IMG/VR virus record: IMGVR_UViG_3300035698_035310
Coordinates: 124,001-188,000 of that record
Length of the DNA: 64,000 bases
Reading direction: 5' to 3' (one strand)
Positions 48,134 to 57,036 of the stretch are shown here, piece by piece (position 1 is the stretch's first letter; each line of letters starts with the position of its first letter). The position numbers were made by a program, and so were the translations under genes. The notes below the pieces were generated by a model that made no database searches, was not told where the DNA came from, and saw only the letters and a list, made by a program, of their open reading frames with translations.

Positions 48134-48561
48134 GCAAACCTACATCATGCGGTGTTATAATCACCGACGGCAAAAATATATTGTTGGGTCATTCAACTGG
48201 TAATAAACATTGGGATATTCCTAAAGGTCAAATGGATGCCGGTGAAAGTTATAGAGAAGCTGCGCTACGAGAGTTACACGAAGAAACCGGAATTTTTCTA
48301 ACAGATGACGATGTAGTGGAAATAGGCGTAATGGATTATACATTGCGAAAAAATCTATATTTGTGTTATTATAAAACACCAACGTTGCCAGACATCGATA
48401 CAATTGTGTGTACTTCCATGTGTGAAGTAAAGGGGCGGGTGTTTCCAGAACTTGATAAGTTTGAATATGTTCCGTTCAGTTACATTCGTACATACACTAC
48501 CGAAAATATGGCTAACACAATAGGAAATGTATTGACTTCGCATAAAGACATCGTTGAATAA
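48130..48561 (+). CDS. NUDIX hydrolase
   Basis: Nudix box GQMDAGESYREAALRELHEETG. Confidence 0.92.
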   Translation: MSKPTSCGVIITDGKNILLGHSTGNKHWDIPKGQMDAGESYREAALRELHEETGIFLTDDDVVEIGVMDYTLRKNLYLCYYKTPTLPDIDTIVCTSMCEVKGRVFPELDKFEYVPFSYIRTYTTENMANTIGNVLTSHKDIVE

Positions 48562-48745
48562 TGGTCAATATTACCAAACATGGATATTTTCATTTGATTA
48601 TATCTATGAAAATATTTTATATAACATTATGGTATCGACACACACGATATCATATATGCATTGGTGATAATTTATAAAAATATACTTGACTATGACGATT
48701 AATATGTTATATTAATCGTATCAGTTCAATCGTAGGAGATATTAT

Positions 48746-49951
48746 ATGCGCCAAGAATATGCAATCGACATCGCAACCAATCCCGGCATTCATGCAATCG
48801 GCGTCATCGTCGACGTTTTGACGTTTACAAGCGACCAATATCACAACAGCGAAGACGGCGAATCGCATTTAACGGATTCACTGTGGGATAATTTGTATCG
48901 GTTCTTACAGGTTACTGATCCAGTTAATAAGTATCTCATTGGCGTAGGCTCTGAAGTGCGCGGTGGGGCTGGTGTTCCATTGCCATATGTAATGCCTGGT
49001 TTAGATCAAGTTCACGAAGGCGATACCGTTAAATGGATTATGACTAATAATCTCATGGGTGCAACCATTATCACAATGGATAAGATGGATGGCAACTCTG
49101 GACAAATAATTTATGACACCAACGGCAATCTTCAAATGGCATTTAGTCGTGGTTCAAGCACTGATGGTCAAGATTTAACACGGCATTTCAAACGCATGAA
49201 AAATCTTCCCACTATTAATGTTGGCACCGATCTTCACACCAGTATAGCGGTTCGTGTTGAAGTTGAAATGAAAGAAGAAGTGTTTAATGATTTGAATGAT
49301 CGGGGATTGATTAACAAGCGCAGTGGTGAAAAACAGAGTAATGCGAGAAATTACATCGGAGGACAAATGAATTCCACCGAAGCAACGCAAATATTTTATG
49401 ACAACGTTGATGTTATCGCATATGAGATTATGTTTCCGTTGATGGATACAAAAAAAGAAGAACTTACCGCACTTGGTCTTTATGGCTTTACGGTTGTTAA
49501 ATGGTCAGAACACATTGGTGGTACACTTGGTGATGATATGCTAACAGCCGCGCTTGAACAAGCACATAAAACAACCCCTTGGGCGATTGATGGGTTTGTT
49601 ATGATACCAAATGACCGCGCAGTTCGTGATGCAATTCCTGCACGCAAAGGAAGCAGCTTGAATCCAGTACATACTAAAAAATTCAAGGTAGGGCAGGACG
49701 ACAATGTTGCTGGAACGACAGTTATAAAAGTAGAATGGAAAGTATCTAAAGATGGATATTTAAAACCAACCGTATGCATTGATCCAGTTGATTTGGCAGG
49801 CGTTACAATATCAAAAGCAACGGGAATTAACGCTAAATATATATATGATAATAAAATTGGACCGGGTTCAAAAGTGTCAATAACACGAGCCGGTGATGTT
49901 ATACCAAGGTTATTATCTAGTTCCCCGATGCCAGAACAAAATATGGACTAG
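48746..49951 (+). CDS. ligA: NAD-dependent DNA ligase, N-terminal part (Ia, adenylation, OB)
   Basis: KMDG motif I, SRG, RVEV, DGFV, WKVSKDGYLKPTV, PVDLAGVTISKATG, RAGDVIP. Confidence 0.88.
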   Translation: MRQEYAIDIATNPGIHAIGVIVDVLTFTSDQYHNSEDGESHLTDSLWDNLYRFLQVTDPVNKYLIGVGSEVRGGAGVPLPYVMPGLDQVHEGDTVKWIMTNNLMGATIITMDKMDGNSGQIIYDTNGNLQMAFSRGSSTDGQDLTRHFKRMKNLPTINVGTDLHTSIAVRVEVEMKEEVFNDLNDRGLINKRSGEKQSNARNYIGGQMNSTEATQIFYDNVDVIAYEIMFPLMDTKKEELTALGLYGFTVVKWSEHIGGTLGDDMLTAALEQAHKTTPWAIDGFVMIPNDRAVRDAIPARKGSSLNPVHTKKFKVGQDDNVAGTTVIKVEWKVSKDGYLKPTVCIDPVDLAGVTISKATGINAKYIYDNKIGPGSKVSITRAGDVIPRLLSSSPMPEQNMD

Positions 49952-49995
49952 ATTTATCAAATGGCGACGTCATTCCGCAACTAAAGGAGCAATAA

Positions 49996-50814
49996 ATGAG
50001 CACCACTAACGAATATAATGATAATTATGATAAATGGTTTCATTCACAACTCGCTGAATTTGGCGAATATGAATGGTCTAAACCCAACTCTGATGGAAAT
50101 CAAGTTGATTTGATTCTTGTTGATGTTGAAAATAGCGATGCTGCTAAAAAACAACAACTTATTGATTTTTTCTCAAAGTTGGGTGTTGAATTTCTTGCCC
50201 AAAAATCATTGATTAAATTATATGATGCAGGATTCAATATGCCGGAAGATATCATTAATGCAACCGTTTCTGATATTCAATCAATTGTTGGCGAGGCGAA
50301 TGGTCGCAAAGGAATGGCAAGCCTGAATGAAAAACTGAATCCAGTTGAACCATGGATGCTTGCAGGTGTTACCAAATATTTTGGGCGATCAATTGGTCGA
50401 AAGAAAATGAAAAAGATTTATGATGCTACTGGACATGTAAATGAAACATCAGTTTCAGAGTTAATTAAAATTGATGGCCTCGAAATGAAGAGTGCTGAAA
50501 AAATTGTTGCTGGTTATGATGAATATGCTTCCTTCCTTACCCGCATCCATGATAAGTATACCATCGCAGAGGTTCAAAATACGCCTATGGGTAGCGATTG
50601 GGAGAATCAGGTTGTGACATTCACTGGCTATCGTGATGCGGACGCACAAGCTAAAATCGAAGCACAAGGTGGGCGTATTGGTAGCAGTGTATCCAGTAAG
50701 ACTACATTGGTTGTTACGAAAGACCCTAATTCGACCAGTAGCAAAATTGTAAAAGCGAAAGATTTGGGAATTGAAGTTATCGATCCCGTAGAACTTTATT
50801 CACGACTTAACTAA
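49996..50814 (+). CDS. ligA: NAD-dependent DNA ligase, C-terminal part (HhH + BRCT)
   Basis: own AAGGAG SD; ELIKIDGLEMKSA; BRCT VVTFTGYRD...GGRIGSSVSSKTTLVV...KAKDLGIEVI. Confidence 0.85.
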   Translation: MSTTNEYNDNYDKWFHSQLAEFGEYEWSKPNSDGNQVDLILVDVENSDAAKKQQLIDFFSKLGVEFLAQKSLIKLYDAGFNMPEDIINATVSDIQSIVGEANGRKGMASLNEKLNPVEPWMLAGVTKYFGRSIGRKKMKKIYDATGHVNETSVSELIKIDGLEMKSAEKIVAGYDEYASFLTRIHDKYTIAEVQNTPMGSDWENQVVTFTGYRDADAQAKIEAQGGRIGSSVSSKTTLVVTKDPNSTSSKIVKAKDLGIEVIDPVELYSRLN

Positions 50815-50828
50815 AGGAGTACTATATT

Positions 50829-51311
50829 ATGAATATGATTAAAACAACTTTGATTGCACTAACGATGATGATTGGTTCCACAGCAGCAATGTCTGAAACT
50901 GTTGGTTCAATTAAATTGGCTGGCGGATATGTAACATCATACGCATTAAAAATTCAAGCGTTTGACGATCCACGCGTTCAAGGAGTTTCATGCCATGTGA
51001 GTGATGTAGAGGTCAGTGGAATAACGTTTAATTCTGACCCAAGCAATGCAAGTATTTCGTGTCGACAAACGGGCCAAATCAAAATACATGGTGCAACTAA
51101 AGAACAATGGTGGGGTGATTTGAATGCGGCACCAAACGGCGAAAGTGTGTTTGGTAAAACCAAAGGATGGAATAAAAGCCTTTCCGTTGTCAGAGTTATT
51201 GATAAAAAACGTAAAACTATGGTATATGTTGTATATACACCAAAATGGGGTGAAGATTCTAAGAAAAATGTTGTATCATCAATTAGCATGTATGCACAGA
51301 CTAAAAAATAA
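50829..51311 (+). CDS. creA: CreA family exported protein
   Basis: signal peptide; AFDDPRVQGVSCHVS, SISCRQTG, GESVF, RVIDKKRKTMVYVV. Confidence 0.85.
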   Translation: MNMIKTTLIALTMMIGSTAAMSETVGSIKLAGGYVTSYALKIQAFDDPRVQGVSCHVSDVEVSGITFNSDPSNASISCRQTGQIKIHGATKEQWWGDLNAAPNGESVFGKTKGWNKSLSVVRVIDKKRKTMVYVVYTPKWGEDSKKNVVSSISMYAQTKK

Positions 51312-51886
51312 TGGCTATTCCGACTAAAATATTAGATGTATTAAAACCGAGATTTTCGCTTGACGATATTAAAAAGTTGGAATATTCTAATGTATTCGAT
51401 CAACCAACAGTAAAGGATTATGCTATGATGACACGATATCACGACAATTCAGACAATTATATGAATGAAGTATTATCACATGTTGATAAGTACGCTAGAG
51501 ACGAATATCGTCAATTGGATAAAAGCGCCCCTCGGGGAAATAACTTTGGATATCAAGATCACTCATATAAATCACATACACCAAATGATATCATTTCGGC
51601 AATAGCCGAATTTATGCGTCAGCCATCAAACGTAGCGGCGTTGCTTCTCGATGAACGAAACATTGATCGTATATTAGATCACTCTTCAAGGACACGAGAC
51701 AAAATGGATAAACAGCAACGCGACAGCGAAAATAAACGAACTGAACGTGAAACAACTGAAAAATATAATGAAGCAGTTGATGTTATTGACGAGTTGGAAG
51801 AATTTGGTATAGATAAGTTAGACGAGGAACAACTAGAAATACATGATGAAATGATGGAGATTATAAAAAAATACGAATCTTCTTGA
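51311..51886 (+). CDS. hypothetical protein
   Basis: 191-aa ORF, TAATG overlap. Confidence 0.65.
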   Translation: MAIPTKILDVLKPRFSLDDIKKLEYSNVFDQPTVKDYAMMTRYHDNSDNYMNEVLSHVDKYARDEYRQLDKSAPRGNNFGYQDHSYKSHTPNDIISAIAEFMRQPSNVAALLLDERNIDRILDHSSRTRDKMDKQQRDSENKRTERETTEKYNEAVDVIDELEEFGIDKLDEEQLEIHDEMMEIIKKYESS

Positions 51887-51911
51887 CAACCCGAATGTAA
51901 TGGTATATATT
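51883..51911 (+). promoter_or_regulatory. sigma70-type promoter for RNA unit 1
   Basis: TTGACA-N17-TATATT, unit 1 begins 9 nt downstream. Confidence 0.6.
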
Positions 51912-51919
51912 ATATAAAC

Positions 51920-51982
51920 GGTGGCTAGGACGCTTCTTCCTTCTATTTTTTTGCATAAAACCTAGAGGTTCCAATTTCCACC
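51920..51982 (+). ncRNA. putative structured ncRNA unit 1
   Basis: GGTGG-CTAGGA-N4-TCTTCCTTC-N19-TAGAG-N3-CCAATTT-CCACC. Confidence 0.65.
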
Positions 51983-51992
51983 TAAATTTTTA

Positions 51993-52020
51993 TTGACATA
52001 TTATTATTTTGTGATACTAT
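51993..52020 (+). promoter_or_regulatory. sigma70-type promoter for RNA units 2-3 and downstream gene
   Basis: TTGACA-N16-TACTAT with TGn; unit 2 begins 7 nt downstream. Confidence 0.65.
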
Positions 52021-52026
52021 AAGAAC

Positions 52027-52098
52027 GTGGCAGCTAGGATTTTTCTTCCTTCTTACTCAACTTGAAAATGAAACTTAGAGAACCCAATTTCTGCCCAC
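52027..52098 (+). ncRNA. putative structured ncRNA unit 2
   Basis: GTGGCAG-CTAGGA-N4-TCTTCCTTC-N23-TAGAG-N3-CCAATTT-CTGCCCAC. Confidence 0.65.
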
Positions 52099-52104
52099 CA
52101 GATC

Positions 52105-52198
52105 GAACAGCTAGGAAATTTCTTCCTTCTCACAATGACAGAAGCCTGCCCCATGGGTGGGCTTCACTTACCAGAATTAGAGGTTTCAATTTCTGTTC
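52105..52198 (+). ncRNA. putative structured ncRNA unit 3
   Basis: GAACAG-CTAGGA-N4-TCTTCCTTC-N48 (contains GAAGCCTGCC/GGTGGGCTTC hairpin)-TAGAG-N3-TCAATTT-CTGTTC. Confidence 0.65.
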
Positions 52199-52230
52199 AC
52201 TTTTAATTGTTTTAACGGAGGTCAAAAACG

Positions 52231-54438
52231 ATGAATACACTTTTTGGATTTAATAAATTACACAACAGCATCGCATTACAGAACAAGCAGTCTGTTGTTA
52301 TCGAAACTTTGTCTGGTGATATCGATGATTCACTTATTCTTGCAATCCTTACAGATATTGCACAGTTTGGCTATACGCTAGACGGTAATGTTATCAGTGC
52401 GTTGAAGACGCAATCTGAAAATACATTGGTTGAGTTCCATAAAGAACTAACTGCACAATTGTCTATTATGGTTGGTGCACACGTTACGTATCGTCCATTA
52501 TTCAAGAAATTCCCTAATGATATTCCTGACGATGCAGAATATTTCACTAAACGATTCATTGGTCATGTTACCAATTTATTTGGATTAACACCAGAAAATG
52601 TGGCACCACTTTCGTGTGGTCACGTCATTGATACTCGTTTATTCAACATGGATGATTTCGGCGCTTGCCCAATCTGTCAAATGCAGGTTGATGAAACCAC
52701 GGCTGCGACTGATCGTCCATCGTTGGATGAATCGACACCATTTAAAATCATTGGCTTGGCTACTAGCGACGATGTATACGCCATCTTCACAAACTTATTG
52801 TCGGCTAAAGCATCTATCTCTGCGGAGAATAAAGAACTAATCACCGCATTGGTTGCGGAGAGTAATGTGTTTAATTACATTCCCGATGTTATCCCAATGA
52901 AGGAAAATGTTGCGTTGATTGCTGGTTTGCTTGTTAAACACACTAATGAAGCACTTGATGTATTGGTTAAGCACGTCAACACTTCAACTGATGTATTGCG
53001 CCTTGCTGTTCAATTAAATGATGGTGATGTATCACTTGCAGAACCAACCAAGTTTAAGTTGCGCAACAAAGAACGTCGTATAATCATGGGACTTCTGGAT
53101 GCAGTTAACAAACCAGAAGAAGACATGCTACGTTATCGTATGCAATGGATTCGTTTGGCTGAAGTGTTGCACATTGGTTCAAAGCGCCATCGTTTTCCTA
53201 ATGCATTTAATGCAGTGGACAAGTTGCGTAATGACGCCAAGTCGATTGAGACATTTAACAGCAAAGTTGAAAAGAATGTCCTTGTAGCAAAGGCAACTGG
53301 TTTAGATGATGGATTAATTAAACTATTGGCAACTCGCCCCGGTGAGTTTGCAAGACGTTTGGATTTCATGTTGAGTAATATTGGCAATGTTGTTACGGTT
53401 CTTGACACATTCAAGTCTATTGTTGATAGAGTGGCTTCACCAATGTTGTTGCAAATGGCTTCGCACTTCAACACCCGAACTGAAGTTGCACCATTTCGTT
53501 ATTTCTTACCGAAAGGCAACGTTGCAAAGATGCAAATAGTTGATGACACACGCGCAGTTCTTGATCTTACGATTGTTAAATCAGTTGTTAAGATCATCAA
53601 TGACGAATTAACAAAACGCTTTTCAACAATGGAAAGCCTTGGTAATGTTTTGATTGATCCGATGCTTGAAAATTATCTTGTTCCATTGGCGCAACGTGCA
53701 GCGACTAAAAGTTTGGTTACGGTTGCGCGTGGCTCACGTATCACGTTTTCTGATAAGAACACCATTCGTTTGTTCCTTTACTGGAAAGAAAATGCCGAGG
53801 TTGGACGCACCGATGTTGACTTAAGTGCGGTTGCATATGACCAAAATTGGGACTATGTTGAACATCTTTCTTACACCAACCTATCTGGTGTTGGCAGTGT
53901 CCACTCTGGTGATATTCAATCTGCTCCCAATGGTGCATCTGAGTTCATTGACTTCAATATTAAAGAAGCAATGGAACATGGTATTCGTTATGTAACGATG
54001 AACGTTCTTTCATATAGCGGTCAAGCATTCGACCTATTTGAATCAATCGCTGGAGTTATGGGACGCGATGAACCATCAAGCGGTGAACATTATGAACCAA
54101 CTACAGTTGAGAATAAGTTTGACGTTGGCGGTAACTCACGCCACAACATTCCGTTTGTTGTTGATTTGAAGAAACGCGAAATCATTTGGACTGATTTGGC
54201 TGTGAGTGGTGGTGCATTCAATAACGTAGAACAAAGTTCAGGGGCTATTGTAATGATGTCTAAGGCGGCTGAAGCAATGGTTGACACTAAACCTACCATG
54301 ATTGATTTGTTGCAACTACACTTCGATGCACGTGCCGACAGCGTTGACTATGAGCGTCAGCCTGATAAAGAATACGATACGGTGCTTGGTGTTTCTATGG
54401 CTTCTAATGTAGATGACATCCTAGCCAATTGGTTATAA
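52231..54438 (+). CDS. prokaryotic RING finger family 4 protein with ROT/TROVE-like repeats and C-terminal TerD domain
   Basis: LSCGHVID...GACPICQ RING; helical middle with RPGEFARRLD; TerD-like DVDLSAV, HSGDIQSAPNGASEFID, YSGQAF; GGAGG SD. Confidence 0.85.
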   Translation: MNTLFGFNKLHNSIALQNKQSVVIETLSGDIDDSLILAILTDIAQFGYTLDGNVISALKTQSENTLVEFHKELTAQLSIMVGAHVTYRPLFKKFPNDIPDDAEYFTKRFIGHVTNLFGLTPENVAPLSCGHVIDTRLFNMDDFGACPICQMQVDETTAATDRPSLDESTPFKIIGLATSDDVYAIFTNLLSAKASISAENKELITALVAESNVFNYIPDVIPMKENVALIAGLLVKHTNEALDVLVKHVNTSTDVLRLAVQLNDGDVSLAEPTKFKLRNKERRIIMGLLDAVNKPEEDMLRYRMQWIRLAEVLHIGSKRHRFPNAFNAVDKLRNDAKSIETFNSKVEKNVLVAKATGLDDGLIKLLATRPGEFARRLDFMLSNIGNVVTVLDTFKSIVDRVASPMLLQMASHFNTRTEVAPFRYFLPKGNVAKMQIVDDTRAVLDLTIVKSVVKIINDELTKRFSTMESLGNVLIDPMLENYLVPLAQRAATKSLVTVARGSRITFSDKNTIRLFLYWKENAEVGRTDVDLSAVAYDQNWDYVEHLSYTNLSGVGSVHSGDIQSAPNGASEFIDFNIKEAMEHGIRYVTMNVLSYSGQAFDLFESIAGVMGRDEPSSGEHYEPTTVENKFDVGGNSRHNIPFVVDLKKREIIWTDLAVSGGAFNNVEQSSGAIVMMSKAAEAMVDTKPTMIDLLQLHFDARADSVDYERQPDKEYDTVLGVSMASNVDDILANWL

Positions 54439-54471
54439 GTATAAGCACGTTTTTCGAGAGCGTGTTCGCCG

Positions 54472-54509
54472 AAAAGTGCCCCATAGCTTAGATTGTGGGG
54501 CACTTTTTT
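54472..54509 (+). terminator. intrinsic terminator
   Basis: AAAAGTGCCCCA / TGGGGCACTTTTTT inverted repeat with T tail. Confidence 0.85.
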
Positions 54510-54510
54510 C

Positions 54511-54538
54511 TTGACAATTTATCACCATATGATACAAT
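54511..54538 (+). promoter_or_regulatory. sigma70-type promoter, extended -10
   Basis: TTGACA-N16-TACAAT with TGn. Confidence 0.55.
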
Positions 54539-54568
54539 AAACACTTAATCATTAAAGGAGAATACACA

Positions 54569-55657
54569 ATGGGTTCATGGAATGCAACTTGCGGAATATC
54601 ACAGTTACCAATTCTTGCCGGTGAAAAAATTCGGGTATTCGTTCTTAAACCTGTTCTACATCGCGAGAGATCACCGAACATGATGTGTTACCCCACGGAT
54701 AATTATAGAACATTGGGGATTCCTTTTATTGCTGAATATAATGATTATGGGTCAGTTACAAATATTGAAGAAAACTATAACACCAAAATTATTCACGATG
54801 AATTATCTAAACTGGCAGTTCTACCAAAGGATAAACCATTCACTATTGGTGATGCTGTTGCGTACATTAAAGAACCATCACATGATGATGATCAATATCA
54901 CAGTAATTACTTTGAAGTAGTTGATATTAGTGATGAAAATATTTTAATCCGTGATCGACACAGTGCCAATAAAGATGTAATATCCGTTCCGGTGTCCAAC
55001 CTCAAACATGATAATGGCGAAGGATATTATGACGACTTTGGCGACTTGGGTCAAATTATCGATCTTACCGAACGTGGTGTTTTTGAGATTTCGGGTTGTG
55101 CTTACTTTAACTCAAAACTTCTTGCTGTCCCTGGTTTATTTTATGTTCGTGAAAACATTTGGCAAGCGTTGATTGCCGACATCGAAGAAGAAAGTGAATA
55201 TAAGTGGGGACATAAATCACGAGACACCATGCTAAAACAAATCGATGATTTTTTAGTAGAGTTGAAAGAAACGGTGGATGCGGTTGAAGAGAAAAATAAA
55301 ACTCCAGAAGATGCGGCGGTTGCTGCTTTTAGAATGATGCATGGTATGATAACGATGGGTGGTGAAGAAAATCGTATCGGTAGATTGTTCGAAAGTTCAA
55401 GTGATACTTTTAGTGCTACTCTCTATCGTGAACCGATGCTTGATGCTATACGCAACGATGACATAAAACTAGCAAAATCTATTCTAATTGATGCATACGA
55501 CACTTCATCGTTTATGTTAACAATGATGTGTCTTCGTAAATCATTAGCGCCACAGTGCGGTGCTGGTAGTCAATCTGTTGGTATTGATTATCACACTGCT
55601 CTAGTTGATGCTATTACAACTGAAATCAAGGCGATTGGCACTCATTGGGATGAATAG
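54569..55657 (+). CDS. conserved phage hypothetical protein
   Basis: MGSWNATCGISQLPI, YNDYG, PQCGAGSQ; AAGGAG SD. Confidence 0.75.
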   Translation: MGSWNATCGISQLPILAGEKIRVFVLKPVLHRERSPNMMCYPTDNYRTLGIPFIAEYNDYGSVTNIEENYNTKIIHDELSKLAVLPKDKPFTIGDAVAYIKEPSHDDDQYHSNYFEVVDISDENILIRDRHSANKDVISVPVSNLKHDNGEGYYDDFGDLGQIIDLTERGVFEISGCAYFNSKLLAVPGLFYVRENIWQALIADIEEESEYKWGHKSRDTMLKQIDDFLVELKETVDAVEEKNKTPEDAAVAAFRMMHGMITMGGEENRIGRLFESSSDTFSATLYREPMLDAIRNDDIKLAKSILIDAYDTSSFMLTMMCLRKSLAPQCGAGSQSVGIDYHTALVDAITTEIKAIGTHWDE

Positions 55658-56049
55658 GTGATATCAGGCGACGGTTTATTGCCTAATTCGTGTATCATGT
55701 TCCAATCAGATACAGATGTATTATGGCGTTGGTTATTTGATATAGGTTTTATATTTTTGTAATCATATTTGTTTAATATGTCAAATGGACTCGGCAGTTT
55801 ATCGGCAAAATATAATATCAATTCATCATAATCTTCCGATGTTAAATGATCGTCGTCAAGATATAGATCACTTTCAAATGACCTTGAATAACCATAATTT
55901 TTTAATGAATTGATATCACAATAATACAATAATGATAGAGCAGAGGCATATGGAAGAGCAGGGTAGCAATATTTTATGATACCTAATATTTCTTCTGTGC
56001 AATCCCAATTTCGTGTGAATTCATATCTTTTACACCATTCATTTATCAT
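55642..56049 (-). CDS. hypothetical protein
   Basis: 135-aa ORF. Confidence 0.55.
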   Translation of the reverse strand: MINEWCKRYEFTRNWDCTEEILGIIKYCYPALPYASALSLLYYCDINSLKNYGYSRSFESDLYLDDDHLTSEDYDELILYFADKLPSPFDILNKYDYKNIKPISNNQRHNTSVSDWNMIHELGNKPSPDITYSSQ

Positions 56050-56087
56050 TTGTATAAATCCTTATTATTCTCAATATATCATTTTAT

Positions 56088-56142
56088 AATAAATATAGAC
56101 ATAATCGAAAGTTATATAGTAGTTGGATACCATATAACTTTC
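56088..56142 (+). promoter_or_regulatory. AATAAATA box plus perfect 11-bp hairpin upstream of Seg-like endonuclease
   Basis: GAAAGTTATAT (56107-56117) / ATATAACTTTC (56132-56142). Confidence 0.45.
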
Positions 56143-56172
56143 TAAACAATACGCAACGATAGGAGTGGCGTC

Positions 56173-57036
56173 ATGTCTAAAGATATTTATAACACTAAAT
56201 TTATATTCGGTCAAGATTATCATGGATTTATTTATGAATGGGTTGATAATTCTAATGGTAAAAAATATATAGGATCGCATAAAGGGTCGATTGATGATGG
56301 ATATATAGGTTCAGGAACATATTTTATTTCTGCTTATAAAAAAAGAACCCATTGTTTTAGTCGAATAATATTAGAATATATATCAAAAAATATAGATGAT
56401 ATATATACCATTGAACAAAAATGGTTAAATATGGTAAATAATATATCATCAAATGAATCATATTATAATCTATCAAATAACGCAACAGGGGGAAATTCTG
56501 AAAAAAACTACGCACGAAAAAGAAATGGTGAATTTACTGAAAAAGAAATGATTGCACATGAGCGAAAAGCCAATGGTATATTTACACCAAAAGAACTAGA
56601 GTTTCATAAACGTCGAAAAAATAGATTTTTAAATGGTGATTATACAAAAGCAGAAAAACAGTCTTATATACGATCTAAAGAGCGAAAATCAGCAGGGAAT
56701 TTTACAGATGCAGAAATTAAATATTTTAGTGAACAAAAAAAGAGAAAATCAAATGGTATATTTACACCAAAAGAAATAGAGTTTCATAATAATCAAAGTA
56801 ATCGGAAGTCGGCAGGAAATTTTACAGATGCCGAGTTAAAATGTTTAAATCTCGATAAAATAAGAAAATCAAAAGGCTTATTTACCGATGCGGAATTAAA
56901 AAATTTTAAGAACATGAAGGGAAAACGATGGCTTACCAAAGATTTTATCAATAAATTAATATCAAAAAATTTAATACAACAATATATTGATGCCGGTTGG
57001 ATATTTGGAAAATATAAAAAAATCAATCCCAACTAA
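56173..57036 (+). CDS. GIY-YIG homing endonuclease (Seg-like) with C-terminal repeats
   Basis: GFIYEW...KKYIGSH...DGYIGSG, FSRIILE, EQKWL, YYNL; seven G-x-(F/Y)-T-x-x-E repeats. Confidence 0.88.
   Translation: MSKDIYNTKFIFGQDYHGFIYEWVDNSNGKKYIGSHKGSIDDGYIGSGTYFISAYKKRTHCFSRIILEYISKNIDDIYTIEQKWLNMVNNISSNESYYNLSNNATGGNSEKNYARKRNGEFTEKEMIAHERKANGIFTPKELEFHKRRKNRFLNGDYTKAEKQSYIRSKERKSAGNFTDAEIKYFSEQKKRKSNGIFTPKEIEFHNNQSNRKSAGNFTDAELKCLNLDKIRKSKGLFTDAELKNFKNMKGKRWLTKDFINKLISKNLIQQYIDAGWIFGKYKKINPN

Noticed and set aside
49949-49995. Stop-codon recoding (TAG readthrough) or a self-splicing intron joining the ligase halves
   Set aside because: Readthrough hits TAA at 49982-49984; the 44-nt gap is too short for a group I/II intron; other long ORFs are intact under the standard code.
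51920-52198. CRISPR mini-array interpretation of the three repeats
   Set aside because: Repeats are bipartite with variable interior, each closed by its own stem; spacing is irregular, a promoter lies between units 1 and 2, and there are no cas genes in the window.
54445-54468. Small hairpin before the terminator as a fourth ncRNA unit
   Set aside because: Lacks the CTAGGA/TCTTCCTTC/TAGAG/CAATTT core; probably part of the 3' UTR structure.
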